Shown here piece by piece: positions 1 to 13,169 of a DNA stretch of 48,208 bases. The notes beneath the pieces were generated by a model. It was not told the origin of the DNA, did no database searches, and was given only the letters and a program-made list of their open reading frames with translations. The DNA comes from Octopus bimaculoides (Eukaryota), in contig NC_068986.1 of the NCBI RefSeq assembly GCF_001194135.2, forward strand, positions 14,847,436-14,895,643, given 5' to 3'. Numbering within the stretch: the stretch's first letter is position 1; each line of letters starts with the position of its first letter. A program made the translations under genes and the position numbers.

Positions 1-40
<40 letters not shown>
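1..40. repeat. (CT)n microsatellite
   Basis: Near-pure CT dinucleotide run at the window start. Confidence 0.95.
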
Positions 41-44
<4 letters not shown>

Positions 45-1171
45 CCGACAGCAATTGTACATGGCAACACCAAAAGTCTATAGTCAAATTTTGCAAATTT
101 TCCAGCTCGCTATTATCCCACAAATTATCTCTCGTTATCACGAATTATTCGACGGTCCCTGGTATATCAGCACTGTAGTTTTCCTGTGCGTGTGTTTCCA
201 TTGCGTTTTACGTTAGAAACACTTTCATCTTAACAAATAATACTTTGTTGGTTGCATAAAATTGTAACTCCATGCACTTATGATATTTTCAGTCAGAAAT
301 ATTTTTGCAAAGCTGTCTTATGTGGGATTTATATATACACATATGTATCATATCGCCTATCGTCTTCCGTTACTTATCATCTCATATTTAGCTTGTTCTG
401 TCCTGTAGGCAGCGGCTTAAGATTGTACTGGGGCACAAAACGTGTTAAAAAATACTGTCCGGCATGCTTTCAATGCATGAAACTAATAGTAGCATATAAA
501 CAGATATATCATGTATAGCAAATAATATTTATCTTTCACCAGTTGGGGTACTTTTGTCATTCTTACCATCAAGGAACTGTACGCTATATATGTGTGTAAG
601 GATATTATGCAATGACCAGCTACTTCTGTTGTAAGATACCAGGCATCCATTGTTATTTGCAACGTGCATCATCTTATCGCTTCTGACGACTAAGGACAAC
701 TAAGCCCAAACTGTGACTGCATTGGGACAAAAATTCGTCCGGAAAGCTTCAAACGAAAGCGCCACATGCATTTCAGTCTATTTTGATCTTTACATTGGCG
801 CTTACCCCCAGCCAGTCACGTTCTCCGACACAAATTCTTCTTTTCTAATATAGGAATGTGAATAAAACAATCATCGATCTTGTGAAGATCTGCCTGGCCA
901 ATCGATAATTATTTCGTTAGTAGATTTTTCCGAAAGAGGATCATACCAGGGCGCTTACATTTTTTAGTTCCATATTCTGGAAGACTTGTTCCATATAAAT
1001 GTCAAATACAATTTCATATTTTCTCTCCTGTTTAGAATGATAGTTAAGGATACGATTCGTAAATCGCTTCTATTGGAACGTTGTTACTATTCCCTAAGAT
1101 TCATCAGGCCGTTCACTTGCATTTCCTGGCGAATAAATGACCGTGAGTACAACGTGCCTATCAAGGTACCT

Positions 1172-1390
1172 TATAGTTTTCGAGGCCAGCAATTTCTGAT
1201 GCGAAAGGACAATTCGACTACATCAACCTTGCCGTCAATCCGTACTTGACTGTGGGTTTGTTTGTAATCGACCACAAAGAACTATAAGCCAGAGTTGACC
1301 TCATCGGAATTTGAACTCAGAACGTAAACATCTAGAGGAAATGACGCTAAGCATTTTTTGCGGCATGCTGACGATTGTGCCAGCTTACCG
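1172..1390 (-). mobile_element. tRNA-derived SINE, family A (Nin/Deu-like central domain), degenerate
   Basis: Minus strand reads ggtaagctggcacaatcgtcagcatg...tacgttctgagttcaaattccgatgaggtcaac (B-box GTTCAAAT), alignable by eye to the 39731 copy. Confidence 0.75.
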
Positions 1391-1401
1391 AGTCATCAGT
1401 T

Positions 1402-1604
1402 TCCGTTTCAACTGTTGGCACATGGCCGGCAATTCCTGGTTAGGCGGGGGCTAGTCGATAACATCGACGCCTGTATTCAGCTGATAAATACCTTTTCAAC
1501 TTCGGAGAGATGACAGGCAACGTCGACTGAGAATGTAAAGACGGACGGAACACTGGTAAGCATTTTGCCCAGCATGCTAACGATTCTGCCAGCTCACCGC
1601 CTTG
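1402..1604 (-). mobile_element. tRNA-derived SINE, family A; head-to-tail with the 1172 copy
   Basis: Minus strand begins caaggcggtgagctggcagaatcgttagcatgctgggcaaaatgctta, the same head as 39731; ends with the gcgtcgatgttatcgact tail motif. Confidence 0.8.
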
Positions 1605-2724
1605 ACTCAACTAATTAACATTATAGATTTTAAGTACTTGTAAATATCGGCTGATGAGATATGCACTTAACATAATGTTAGTAATTATTAGTACTAATCT
1701 CGACTGAAACTATCAGTTTAAATGTAGTTCGAACTCATAAAATAATATGGAATGTGATTTTATCACATTATCAAACGTCAACTACTACAAGCTTTTCCAA
1801 GTACTAAAATAATTAAGTGAAACATTACAACTAAAAGTTAATATAATTAACGAATGTAATACGAAGATGGCGTGTGTTTGTTAATTACTTGAGCAAAAAT
1901 TAACAATTAATGCTGGATTCAATTCCATTATTTTATTAACGTTACAAGTTCAAAATATTACGTATTAATGTACATGATTAATGAAGCGAAATACCTTTAA
2001 TGTAGTCTACTACTACTACTGCTGCTGCTGCTGCTACTACTACTACTACTACTACNNNNNNNNNNNNNNNNNNNNNNNNNNNNNNNNNNNNNNNNNNNNN
2101 NNNNNNNNNNNNNNNNNNNNNNNNNNNNNNNNNNNNNNNNNNNNNNNNNNNNNNNATATATATTAAGTAGCATTACAGTTATTAATGATAATAATAAGGT
2201 GGCTAGCAAGTTGACACCTTTGCAGGCAAAATATAAGCTAAATTTAGATTCAGTTGGATATTTATATACCACTTGCTATAATCGGAGCCATCGCTCGAAA
2301 ACCACCAGTAACTCACTATTGAGATACACACGGGTAATGCAATGAACATAGGAAATATAGGCTTAACTTGCGTGGAATACATAAATAAAGAATGTATATT
2401 TCAAGACATAAAGAGGGAATATTTCAATATTTCCTACGAGGGGAGATAGACCATTGACAAATTTTGATGTATAAAAACACCTTTATGACTATTCAAAAAT
2501 GGAATTGTAGTGTGACTAATATACATGTGCGTCTTTTATGCTATCAAATAACTAAGTACCCGACTACAGGAGTAAATATTCTTCTACATTTAAACTTTTC
2601 TTCACCATTTCATGCTTTTGAAAATGTTGAAACCCATCGTATCTTTTGAGCTTCAAATAAAGACCTGATTATAGATACTCATCACAAAAAGCAGTAATAT
2701 TTTCTAATGTTGTGGGATGTATAA

Positions 2725-3090
2725 GTCGAGGCGAAATGGCCCAGTGGTTAGGGTAGCGGACTTGTGGTCATAGGATCGCGGTTTCTATACCCAGACCGGG
2801 CGTTGTGAGTGTTTATTGAGCTCCACGAGGCTTCGGCAGGGGATGATGGCGAACCCTGCTCTACTCTTCCACCACAACTTTCTCTCACTCTTACTTCCTG
2901 TTTCTGTCGTGCCTGTAATTCAAAGGGTCAGCCTTGTCGCACTGTATCACGCTGAATATCCCCGAGAGCGACGTTAAGGGTACACGTGTCTGTGGAGCGC
3001 TCAGCTACTTGCGAATTAATTTCACGAGCAGGCTGTTCCGTTGATCGGATCAACTGGAACCCCCGACGTCGTAAGCAACGGAGTGCCAAC
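2725..3090 (+). mobile_element. tRNA-derived SINE, family C, near full length
   Basis: A-box-like tggcccagtggttagg and degenerate B-box gtttctatacc; 3' module (caaagggtcagccttgtc...gatcggatcaactggaaccc...gagtgcca) shared with 30870-31178; candidate 8-bp TSD atgtataa at 2717-2724 and 3097-3104. Confidence 0.8.
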
Positions 3091-3510
3091 TAAGGCATGT
3101 ATAAACCGATATATCAACCGTCACTCAACCTTTAGCGAAGAGGACGAGTATAACATATTTTCGAATTATAAGCGTATTACCAGTGGAAATCTCGTGTATG
3201 GAAATGGATTAATGAGACAATCCTTATGCCAGATATATTAATCAACATACTTAGAAGAAATTTTGCAGCCTATAAATGTAATTAGCTTCTTACATGTCTG
3301 AATAATCTTTAAAATCTAAATAAATCTCGAAAAATATAATAACACAGCACTATCTCTGTACTTGAAATAAATGAGACGAACTTACTATCACATACACAAT
3401 ATATTTCATAGACATAACGCAATTAGAAATAACTCATAAAAGTTTATACGCACCCACACATGCATATATGTATATGTATATATACGTGTATGTGTGTGTG
3501 TGTGGGGGGG

Positions 3511-3695
3511 TTAATTTTGGGACGAAGCCATAAATTTCGATAGAGGGAGTAAATCTATTACAATGACTCCAGTGCTCAAGTGGTAATTATTCTATCGACC
3601 ACGAGCGGGTGAAAAGCAAAGACGACCTCGGGGTTATTCGAACCCAGAACATAAAGTCTGTTGAAATGCCACTAAATATTCTGCCGCTTCGCTGC
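3511..3695 (-). mobile_element. SINE family A, old copy
   Basis: Minus strand gttctgggttcgaataaccccgaggtcgtctttgcttttcacccgctcgtggtcgatagaataattaccac matches the family A body. Confidence 0.7.
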
Positions 3696-3868
3696 GCTAC
3701 TTTCTGTCTGTTTATCTGTCTATCTATCCCTCTCTGTCTCTGTCTGTGTATCTATATATATATACTAAGATTCAGTTCAATTACGTACTTAAGTTAAGGC
3801 ACCAAACCAAATCGGTATTGTCCGCACAAGTTAGGTGAAAGGAAAGTAAAAAAGTAACTTTCTTGTTA

Positions 3869-3901
<33 letters not shown>

Positions 3902-5519
3902 NNNNNNNNNNNNNNNNNNNNNNNNNNNNNNNNNNNNNNNNNNNNNNNNNNNNNNNNNNNNNNNNNNNNNNNNNNNNNNNNNNNNNNNNNNNNNNNNNNN
4001 NNNNNNNNNNNNNNNNNNNNNNNNNNNNNNNNNNNNNNNNNNNNNNNNNNNNNNNNNNNATATATATGTATGTGTCTATGTGTCTGTGTGTTTGTATGTA
4101 TATGCATGTATATATTTAATATATAATATATAATATGATATAATATGATATAAAATTATTATCTATTGCAATTTCGTTAATTTACATTTACAAAACTACT
4201 TATTCTACACACAGAAAAATTAAATTGAAGAATTCCCACTGTAGTCTACAGGCAAGTACGGGGAAAAAATCTGGCAAAACCATTATTCGTTTAATGATAA
4301 TACATGGCGTAAAATGATGAAGTTGTATCGATTCGGTTGTTTGCGCGTATAATGCAAATGGAATCGGGTTTTACAGTAGAATGTGAGGCGACAAAGTGTA
4401 GAATTAACACCATTCCGGAACTTTGGTGCTTTAAGCAGACTTTTCTTTGTTGCAAACAAAAATGATAAAGACACGTTGGTTTAGTTGCATCTATGTACAC
4501 ATACAAGCGGAATGTGGCTGAGAGATGTGATGAAGACCAGCCAAGCTCATATACCTTTTCATCGAAGATAGAGTTAATTTGACACTTACTTTAACCGTGA
4601 ACTATGTCTCCTTAAGCAGATTCTTCTTCGTTTCAACCGTCCCGATTAGATATATATAAGCAACATATAATAAATGTTTTTTTTTTCTTTCTGTCTTTGA
4701 GGTATTACACTCATAAATGATGCCTTCATCTTATGAATGAAACCGAAGCAAACAGACCCATGAGCTTAGCTAGTTTCAGAGAGAAGACATCCTTAACGTC
4801 ATCAGTCACCATCCGTGATGATGTAGGAATGACTGCGTTTAGATTCCAATATGGTTGCATTAAGAACAAAGGATCAGATGTGTATGTACAAGGTTTAAGG
4901 CAGGAAGCGTTTATAAAGCTAATATTTCAATGCTAGAACTGACTCTGTGACAAATCAGAAATTAGAAATATATTATATTAAATATTTAATTATATGTTCA
5001 ACCTACTTTAGATAGTAATTCCCTTCTTCTTCTATAAACTATATTGATTATACACGAATAAATCTTACCGTGTGCATACACATCTTAAAGTACAAACACA
5101 TACACATTCATAATCTCAAGGATATATCCATATATGTGTGTATATGTTGATTGTGAATCCACGCATGTGCAATTGAATGGTATATATGATATGATATATG
5201 CGTCAATGCCCTGTCCGCAACTGAAACACTGATTTCCTTAATGTCTTAGTCCATCGAGCTGCAAAGGAAACAACTATTCATGCAAATAAAAGTGCTGATG
5301 TAAATCTAACAAATATTTCGTCAGCAATTTTAAGATTATAATTTTCCAGAATACTGACCTCAACTTTAGAATGCTTATCCACAATGCATACGTACATAAA
5401 CATACATACACTGTGTGTGTGTTCTGTGTGTGTATGTGCACAAACATATATATATATACATATGTGTGTGTGTGTATATATATATGCATATATAAATGCA
5501 TATATATATGTATATATAT

Positions 5520-5568
<49 letters not shown>

Positions 5569-6354
5569 NNNNNNNNNNNNNNNNNNNNNNNNNNNNNNNN
5601 NNNNNNNNNNNNNNNNNNNNNNNNNNNNNNNNNNNNNNNNNNNNNNNNNNNNNNNNNNNNNNNNNNNNNNNNNNNNNNNNNNNNNNNNNNNNNNNNNNNN
5701 NNNNNNNNNNNNNNNNNNNNNNNNNNNNNNNNNNNNNNNNNNNNNNNNNNNNNNNNNNNNNNNNNNNNNNNNNNNNNNNNNNNNNNNNNNNNNNNNNNNN
5801 NNNNNNNNNNNNNNNNNNNNNNNNNNNNNNNNNNNNNNNNNNNNNNNNNNNNNNNNNAGATAGATGCAGATATAGATATTATAGGTATATGCATACTAAG
5901 TTTCAGATCTTTATACGGCAATGATATAATAGTCGCTAATAAGATAAGTCTTCGCAGAGGTTTCCCTCCTGCAAGTTTTCGACTCTATTTACAGAAGAGA
6001 TCTCAAAGCGTAAAATATATTTCCGCATTAGTAATGCAATTGCACACAGACGCACACTCACATATACACACATGTGCATGTTTCAGTTTGTGTATATGTG
6101 TTTGACACTGTGTGTGTGTGCATGAATGTATATATGTGCATGTATATGTATGTTTGTATATGTGTGTGTATGTACGGACGTATGCTACTGTGTATGTATG
6201 TATGTATGTATGTATGTATGAATAAGCGGAAACACATCTTCCGATATTCAGGCTTCTTCAATTAGAAGTCCGTGTTTCACGTTGCTGATGAATTAAACGA
6301 TTATATATATACGAGGGGAAGTCAAAAATTATCCGCACTTTCGTCATAACATAT

Positions 6355-7391
6355 TGTTACGAACGCCCGCACACGAAGCACCTCGAACCGAAGAGAGAAC
6401 TCGGGCGCGCGCGAACGTCGACGCTCAGTGAGTCGGGATGTTCGCCACGACCAATAGGCCCCGCCCGGAGCAAGCAACGAAGACAACAGGCAAAAGGAGG
6501 AGGAAGAAATAACACGGAGACCATACGTAGGGTAGCGGAACTAACTTTTTCTTCTTTTTAGTAAACAAAACATTACATCATCAATACATGGCATAACATT
6601 GCGTAACAATAAATTCAATAACATATACTAATAGCGCATGCAACATAATCGAAGGTTTACAATCATTACATAAGCAAGAGTTCGTACATCAAGTCCATTA
6701 AAAGTTCTTTTACTTCTTTGTTTTCTTTTCAGTTAAACAACCTATAACAACGTTCTTTCTTTTTTTTCCTCTTAAGTTAACATCACAGTTAACAGTTCTT
6801 TTAACACATGTAACGACAAGTACATTTTTCTTGGAAGAATATTTGCACAAACCTTTACCGTAATAATTTCCTTTCCTTCAAAGCTCTCACAAGAACTGAC
6901 CAAAGTAGCCTACTACTTTCTTTTGCCTGCCGCAACAGTTCCATCTCTCTGTCTCTCTCTCTCTCTGAGACTCTATGCATTTCTGCTGACTCGTACCTGC
7001 TCTCGGCCTGTCTCTGTCAGACTTATCACTGTTCATCTTCACTGGCTCTCGTTCTTCATCCAACTACTGGACATCTTCACTTCATCCAACTCCCTGGCCA
7101 ACTGCTTGATGCCAACTGCTCTCTGCCAACTCCGTCCGCCAACTGTTCGCGCCAATTCTTTGTTTATCACAAATACCGTAGCTTTACAGTGCTACCTTAT
7201 CCCCTCCCAAAGCTGGATCCGTTCAGTACAATTCCTCACTCGTTTTTCTGAACTTTTGGTAACCGGAAAGGGTCACCGATCACTCCTACGCTAAAAATAG
7301 CTGTACTTGTTCACAAGACAAAGGAAATACGATCATCCTCAACAACCAGAATACGGTTTCAAAACCCAGCTCGGGAGATAGGGATATAACA
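6355..7391. mobile_element. Putative solo LTR (~1037 bp)
   Basis: TGTTAC...ATAACA termini (TG..CA, 5/6 inverted match), no convincing ORF, GC-rich end and an internal motif array. A clean 4-6 bp TSD is not visible. Confidence 0.4.
6451..6466. promoter_or_regulatory. Adjacent CCAAT box and GC (Sp1-type) box in a CpG-rich patch
   Basis: ccaat at 6451-6455 followed by ggccccgccc at 6457-6466, inside a CpG-rich segment (6360-6470) of the putative LTR. Confidence 0.35.
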
Positions 7392-8438
7392 TTAATTTGT
7401 ATTTTCGGTGGTCGCATCAATATCTTTATTATTGTTACACCGCCTTCTGTGCATGCGTGCTGAAAGTTGATACTATTGTACTCATGTGAACGAAGTTTGT
7501 GCCTGATCACGCCATTTGTCTTTTCTGGCTTTACAGCGTAAACNNNNNNNNNNNNNNNNNNNNNNNNNNNNNNNNNNNNNNNNNNNNNNNNNNNNNNNNN
7601 NNNNNNNNNNNNNNNNNNNNNNNNNNNNNNNNNNNNNNNNNNNNNNNNNNNNNNNNNNNNNNNNNNNNNNNNNNNNNNNNNNNNNNNNNNNNNNNNNNNN
7701 NNNNNNNNNNNNNNNNNNNNNNNNNNNNNNNNNNNNNNNNNNNNNNNNNNNNNNNNNNNNNNNNNNNNNNNNNNNNNNNNNNNNNNNNNNNNNNNNNNNN
7801 NNNNNNNNNNNNNNNNNNNNNNNNNNNNNNNNNNNNNNNNNNNNNNNNNNNNNNNNNNNNNNNNNNNNNNNNNNNNNNNNNNNNNNNNNNNNNNNNNNNN
7901 NNNNNNNNNNNNNNNNNNNNNNNNNNNNNNNNNNNNNNNNNNNNNNNNNNNNNNNNNNNNNNNNNNNNNNNNNNNNNNNNNNNNNNNNNNNNNNNNNNNN
8001 NNNNNNNNNNNNNNNNNNNNNNNNNNNNNNNNNNNNNNNNNNNNNNNNNNNNNNNNNNNNNNNNNNNNNNNNNNNNNNNNNNNNNNNNNNNNNNNNNNNN
8101 NNNNNNNNNNNNNNNNNNNNNNNNNNNNNNNNNNNNNNNNNNNNNNNNNNNTATATATATATATATATATATATTTATGTATGCCAGTGTGTCTCTATGT
8201 ATGTGTATTATGTATATGCCCCTACGTCGTACATATCAGTATATGGATGGAAAAATGTGTATACAACATATATATACGTATACATGGATATACGGATACG
8301 GTGTACATGCACACACGCACTCGCATACACATCTTCACACGTCCACACTCCCACACACACACATATACACGTATAAATTGAATTACCTTATTTTGATTAT
8401 ATTTGATTTAATCCACCACGGTATGCGTGCCAATGTAC

Positions 8439-8481
<43 letters not shown>

Positions 8482-9814
8482 ACAAAGAAAGAGGCAAAAA
8501 AGAAAGAGAGGGAAGAGAGAGAGAGAGTGTGTGTATGTGTGTGTGTGTGTGTGTTTATTGCGTTCGAGTGTGCATATACGCATAAACACTTTCAATCCGA
8601 TAAGGCATAAGTTTACAGATTTTTATGTAGTGTCCATAACATGTTATTGAGGATGATGGCGATGATGATGATGATCATAATGATGATGATGATGATGATG
8701 AGGGTGGCGATCATGTGAATGACATTAATCCTGTTTATTCTGCCGTCTTACTTGTTACTACTATGGGTTTTGTTATCGTCATTTCATATATGTGTATATA
8801 TATGTATGTATATGAATGTATATGTATGTATATATATATATGCATGTATATGCGTGTATATATGTCTATATGTATTTATATATATGTATCTACATGTATA
8901 TATATATATATATATATNNNNNNNNNNNNNNNNNNNNNNNNNNNNNNNNNNNNNNNNNNNNNNNNNNNNNNNNNNNNNNNNNNNNNNNNNNNNNNNNNNN
9001 NNNNNNNNNNNNNNNNNNNNNNNNNNNNNNNNNNNNNNNNNNNNNNNNNNNNNNNNNNNNNNNNNNNNNNNNNNNNNNNNNNNNNNNNNNNNNNNNNNNN
9101 NNNNNNNNNNNNNNNNNNNNNNNNNNNNNNNNNNNNNNNNNNNNNNNNNNNNNNNNNNNNNNNNNNNNNNNNNNNNNNNNNNNNNNNNNNNNNNNNNNNN
9201 NNNNNNNNNNNNNNNNNNNNNNNNNNNNNNNNATATATATACGTATGTTTATATATATATATATCTATACACGTATGTTTACATACATATATATCTTCTA
9301 TATTAACCCGTAATAACGTAGTAATTCTTCACGAAAATATCACTGAAGGTTATATTTTATTAGACATCCATTAGCAAACAACAATTTGGCGATGACAACT
9401 ATAATATAGCTATAAAAATGAAGTATTCCAGTGAAATATTATTACGCTTTCAGGAAAGAATTTGTAATACAAAAAAAGAAAAAAAAATGAAATACCAACT
9501 ACAAAATAATTTTTACAACGAATTATATAATATAGTGGTATTTGAAAGAGAATTTCTGTGAGATTTGTCGGCATTTCTTCTGGTTCTATTTCACTTGCTT
9601 CCACTTATTTAATCTTGCGTTATATTCTAGAAGATTTAGTGAAATAGAAAATGGGAATTTCAAAAGCACACGCGTGTGCATACACACATATATGTACATA
9701 TGGCATTATATGCACATGTATGCATGTATGTTTGTTGCGCGTGTGTGTGTATATCTAACTATGTATGTATGTATGTATCTATCTATCTAAATCTCTCTCT
9801 CTCCCTATATATAT

Positions 9815-10160
9815 ATATATATATGGGAGAATATACGAAAAAATAACAACAGACGAGGACAGGGGTGTAAATAACAAAAGGATGTATTAGTATGACGCTC
9901 GGGAATACGGAAAGTCTTTGACGTTTCGAGCTACGCTCTTCAACAGAAAGAATACGGAGACAAGGAGAAAAACACGGAGAAAAAAAAATTGAATAGTGTT
10001 CAGTCAACGGTCAATCATCATAATCGCTGATCATAACAATGGCTGACCGGAAGTTAGAAATTCTTTTTTCAGGAGAGCTAAGAAAAGGGGGACATAACAA
10101 ACGGTGATCGAATAACTAGGGGCTGTGTGTGGGAGATAGAATGCTGGTGATCTTGACGTA
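9815..10160 (-). mobile_element. Short non-autonomous repeat carrying an HHR-like motif (PLE-associated or retrozyme-like), embedded between TA-rich microsatellites
   Basis: Non-coding ~340 bp segment with an HHR-like fold at 9915-9951; shares 14 nt (acaaggagaaaaac, 9960-9973) with the 24660 repeat (24664-24677). Boundaries are approximate. Confidence 0.5.
9915..9951 (-). ncRNA. Minimal type I hammerhead ribozyme-like motif, A6U core variant
   Basis: Minus strand TCTTT-CTGTTGA-A-GAG-CGTAG-CTC-GAAA-CGT-C-AAAGA: 5-bp stem I, 3-bp stem II, palindromic ACGT stem III, GUC cleavage triplet. Confidence 0.5.
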
Positions 10161-10252
10161 TGTAATATATACACGTTTGCGTTTGTATATATGTATATCT
10201 GCATACATACATACATACATACACACACTCACAAGTCTATATACATAAGCAA

Positions 10253-10313
<61 letters not shown>

Positions 10314-10816
10314 NNNNNNNNNNNNNNNNNNNNNNNNNNNNNNNNNNNNNNNNNNNNNNNNNNNNNNNNNNNNNNNNNNNNNNNNNNNNNNNNNNNNNNN
10401 NNNNNNNNNNNNNNNNNNNNNNNNNNNNNNNNNNNNNNNNNNNNNNNNNNNNNNNNNNNNNNNNNNNNNNNNNNNNNNNNNNNNNNNNNNNNNNNNNNNN
10501 NNNNNNNNNNNNNNNNNNNNNNNNNNNNNNNNNNNNNNNNNNNNNNNNNNNNNNNNNNNNNNNNNNNNNNNNNNNNNNNNNNNNNNNNNNNNNNNNNNNN
10601 NNNNNNNNNNNNNNNNNNNNNNNNNNNNNNNNNNNNNNNNNNNNNNNNNNNNNNNNNNNNNNNNNNNNNNNNNNNNNNNNNNNNNNNNNNNNNNNNNNNN
10701 NNNNNNNNNNNNNNNNNNNNNNNNNNNNNNNNNNNNNNNNNNNNNNNNNNNNNNNNNNNNNNNNNNNNNNNNNNNNNNNNNNNNNNNNNNNNNNNNNNNN
10801 NNNNNNNNNNNNNNNN

Positions 10817-10864
<48 letters not shown>

Positions 10865-12445
10865 ACATATGGATATGTTTATATAGATAAATGTCCGTGT
10901 GTGTGGTTGTGCGCGCGTGTGCATGTGCGTATGCATGTATGTGTGTATGTATGTATGTTTGTATGTATGTATGTTTGTATGTATGTATGTTTGTATGCAT
11001 GTATGCATTCGCTAATGCAAGTATTAGTGTCATTTTCAAAAGTAGTCTTTCAATCAAAGTCAATAGCATTTGATACAGTTAGTGGGCGAATCTCGGTTAT
11101 CATTATTAACTAATGACTACTTCTTCGCTATTTGAAGTTATGCGTTGGGTAGGCGTGTATCAAATGGCATATACATGTAGATATGAGTAATGCTGCGAAC
11201 GTCTGTTGTAAACTGTCTGTTTGTCCTATTTGTTTAGATTCTATGGACGAGTTATTTCTATGTCTGTTGTAGTGTTGCTGTTGTGCATTAATGGAATTTT
11301 GTTGAATTATTCTTTCTTTTGTGTAATGAACATTTCTTTGGTTATTATATACTAGCTTACTGCATTTTAGCTTTCACATTGCTTTCTCTCATTCACACAG
11401 GTCATATTGCTTTGGCGATTCAGCAGTTTATATCGGACTGTTCAACGCAGTTGTCATTCAGTTGCCACATATACTTCAGGAACGCTGTTGGAATTCCGTT
11501 TCTTAATTACTTATAAATATATCTATGTTTATCAACACATTTATGTTATTGTCTTAGTGTTGTGGTTAAATATTTTACTTAACAATTTATGTTGTACTAC
11601 CTTGCCCTCTTCGCGCAGTTCAACCTGCTTTAGCTGATTTGCTATCGAATCACTCAAGGCAACAGTCAACCGTCATACATATCTATGAAATGCCTTGGTG
11701 TTTCTCTTTCTTACCATTTAGTAAATATTTTTATGTGCATATATCCCCTTCTTAGATATTGTCCTACGTTTGCAATCGAATTCGGGCATGTTGTCGTGAA
11801 TGGCTCTACGAGTCTACTTTTGATGCTACCATGATTGTATATACAATTTTGCTTCTTCATGCAAAAATCTTATTTGTTTTTCCCCGATAATCTAGTTAAC
11901 AGCTAGAGTGCCTTTTTAAATAGAGACTAAAATCTATACAGTGGGTCTATTTCTTAAGATTTGCATTTGCCAATTCTATACAATTCGAAGCATGCGTACT
12001 GATTTATAACCGCACGTTGCTAAAATTTTGAATAGTATTGAAAGAGGGCAAGCTAGACTTTGATACCTGACTCGAATTGCTCTTGTGCAAGCCATCGACT
12101 GCAGATGATATCTTGGAAAGGTATATTAAACTTGAATAGGAGGTGAAAGTAATACTTAACACGTGGACCACAGCACTCTAAAATACACAGATGAATAACG
12201 TGCGCCAAGATAAGCAGATTCAATGTTCAAGGACGTCAGAATCAAATATTCTCCTGGGTCTCATTTTCAAAATCCTGGGTATCGTGGTCATTGTATTCGT
12301 TCTCCTCCTCCCCCTCCTCCTCCTCCTCCTCCTCCTCCTCCTCCTCCAATACAGGACAATGTATATGATAACACTATAATTATTATTATTATTATTATTA
12401 TTATCATTACTATTATTATTATTATTATTATTATTATCATTATTA

Positions 12446-13098
12446 TGTTCTTTTCTTCAAATTTTCTTCCATTTCTCGCCGAGTGTTTTCGTACACCTAG
12501 GGCAGAGATGCTCATTGTATGCATTCCCAGTTTACACACGCAAATTCACAGGTAAAATATGAATGTAAATAAATAAATAAATTGATGATTGGAATTTGTT
12601 TTCACAGCGATAATGCTCTTCTCAGTACATGAATCGTTCCAGTTAACACGATTTTTGGCACTTCCTGTAGGGATGGTAAGCCTGGTATCATTTTCAAATC
12701 GGTTTCAGTACCTTTTTTTTATCATTCCTGAAGATCCTACAATCACTGGTTCGGTAGCCGCCTTGAGGTGCCACATTTTTTTCAATTTCTATAAGCAAGT
12801 CTTTATATTTATTGATCTTGTCAAATTCTTTCGCCGTTATTTTGTGATCGCAAGGAATACTCATGTCAATTAAGAAACACATTTTTTTGTCTGATCTTTT
12901 ATAATAATATCCGGTTTATTAGCTTTTATAGTTTTGTCGGTATGTACGGGGAAGTCCCAGAGAATCGACACATTTTCTCCCNNNNNNNNNNCGGTATGTA
13001 CGGGGAAGTCCCAGAGAATCGACACATTTTCTCCCTCAGTCACAGCTTCAAGATGGTGTTTATACCATTTGTCAGCGGTTTTGATTTTATATGGCCGA

Positions 13099-13100
<2 letters not shown>
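12446..13100 (-). mobile_element. 5'-truncated R4/Dong-like non-LTR retrotransposon (RLE domain plus 3' UTR)
   Basis: Frameshifted translation KWYKHHLEAVTEGENVSILWDFPVHTDKTIKANKPDIIIKD..CFLIDMSIP..KINKYKDLLIEIEK...KIVLTGTIHVLRRALSL* (stop at 12602-12604), containing the PD..D RLE motif; (TAA)n on both sides. Confidence 0.88.

Positions 13101-13169
<69 letters not shown>

Larger units (their letters stand above)
6310..7543 (+). mobile_element. Mariner-like DNA transposon 5' end (TIR plus leader), interrupted by a ~1 kb insertion and running into an N gap
   Basis: TA followed by cgaggggaagtcaaaaattatccgcac at ~6312-6338, the TA-CGAGGG start typical of mariner TIRs. Mariner-like leader sequence appears to resume at ~7392-7543. 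No transposase is visible before the gap. Confidence 0.5.

Noticed and set aside
1645-1712. Other CTGATGA or CTGACGA hits (684, 1648, 4800 minus, 15698 minus, 42773 minus)
   Set aside because: No correctly placed GAAA with closing stems; expected by chance.
4733-4936. 67-aa ORF with an overlapping open frame on the opposite strand
   Set aside because: No recognisable domain, splice context or codon signal; compatible with chance.
6195-6300. gaaacac...gtgtttc followed by CTGATGA, resembling a type II hammerhead
   Set aside because: Stems I and II cannot be formed.
11150-11700. Possible decayed PLE endonuclease on the minus strand (TAFLKYMWQLND..IAKA); similar weak case at 31469-31651 (QSKYVIYLV..CKKYIDE)
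   Set aside because: Only one or two short motifs each; too degraded to call by eye.
12938-13035. 44-bp duplication around a 10-N gap; same pattern at 43646-43740
   Set aside because: Contig-end overlap artefact of scaffolding.
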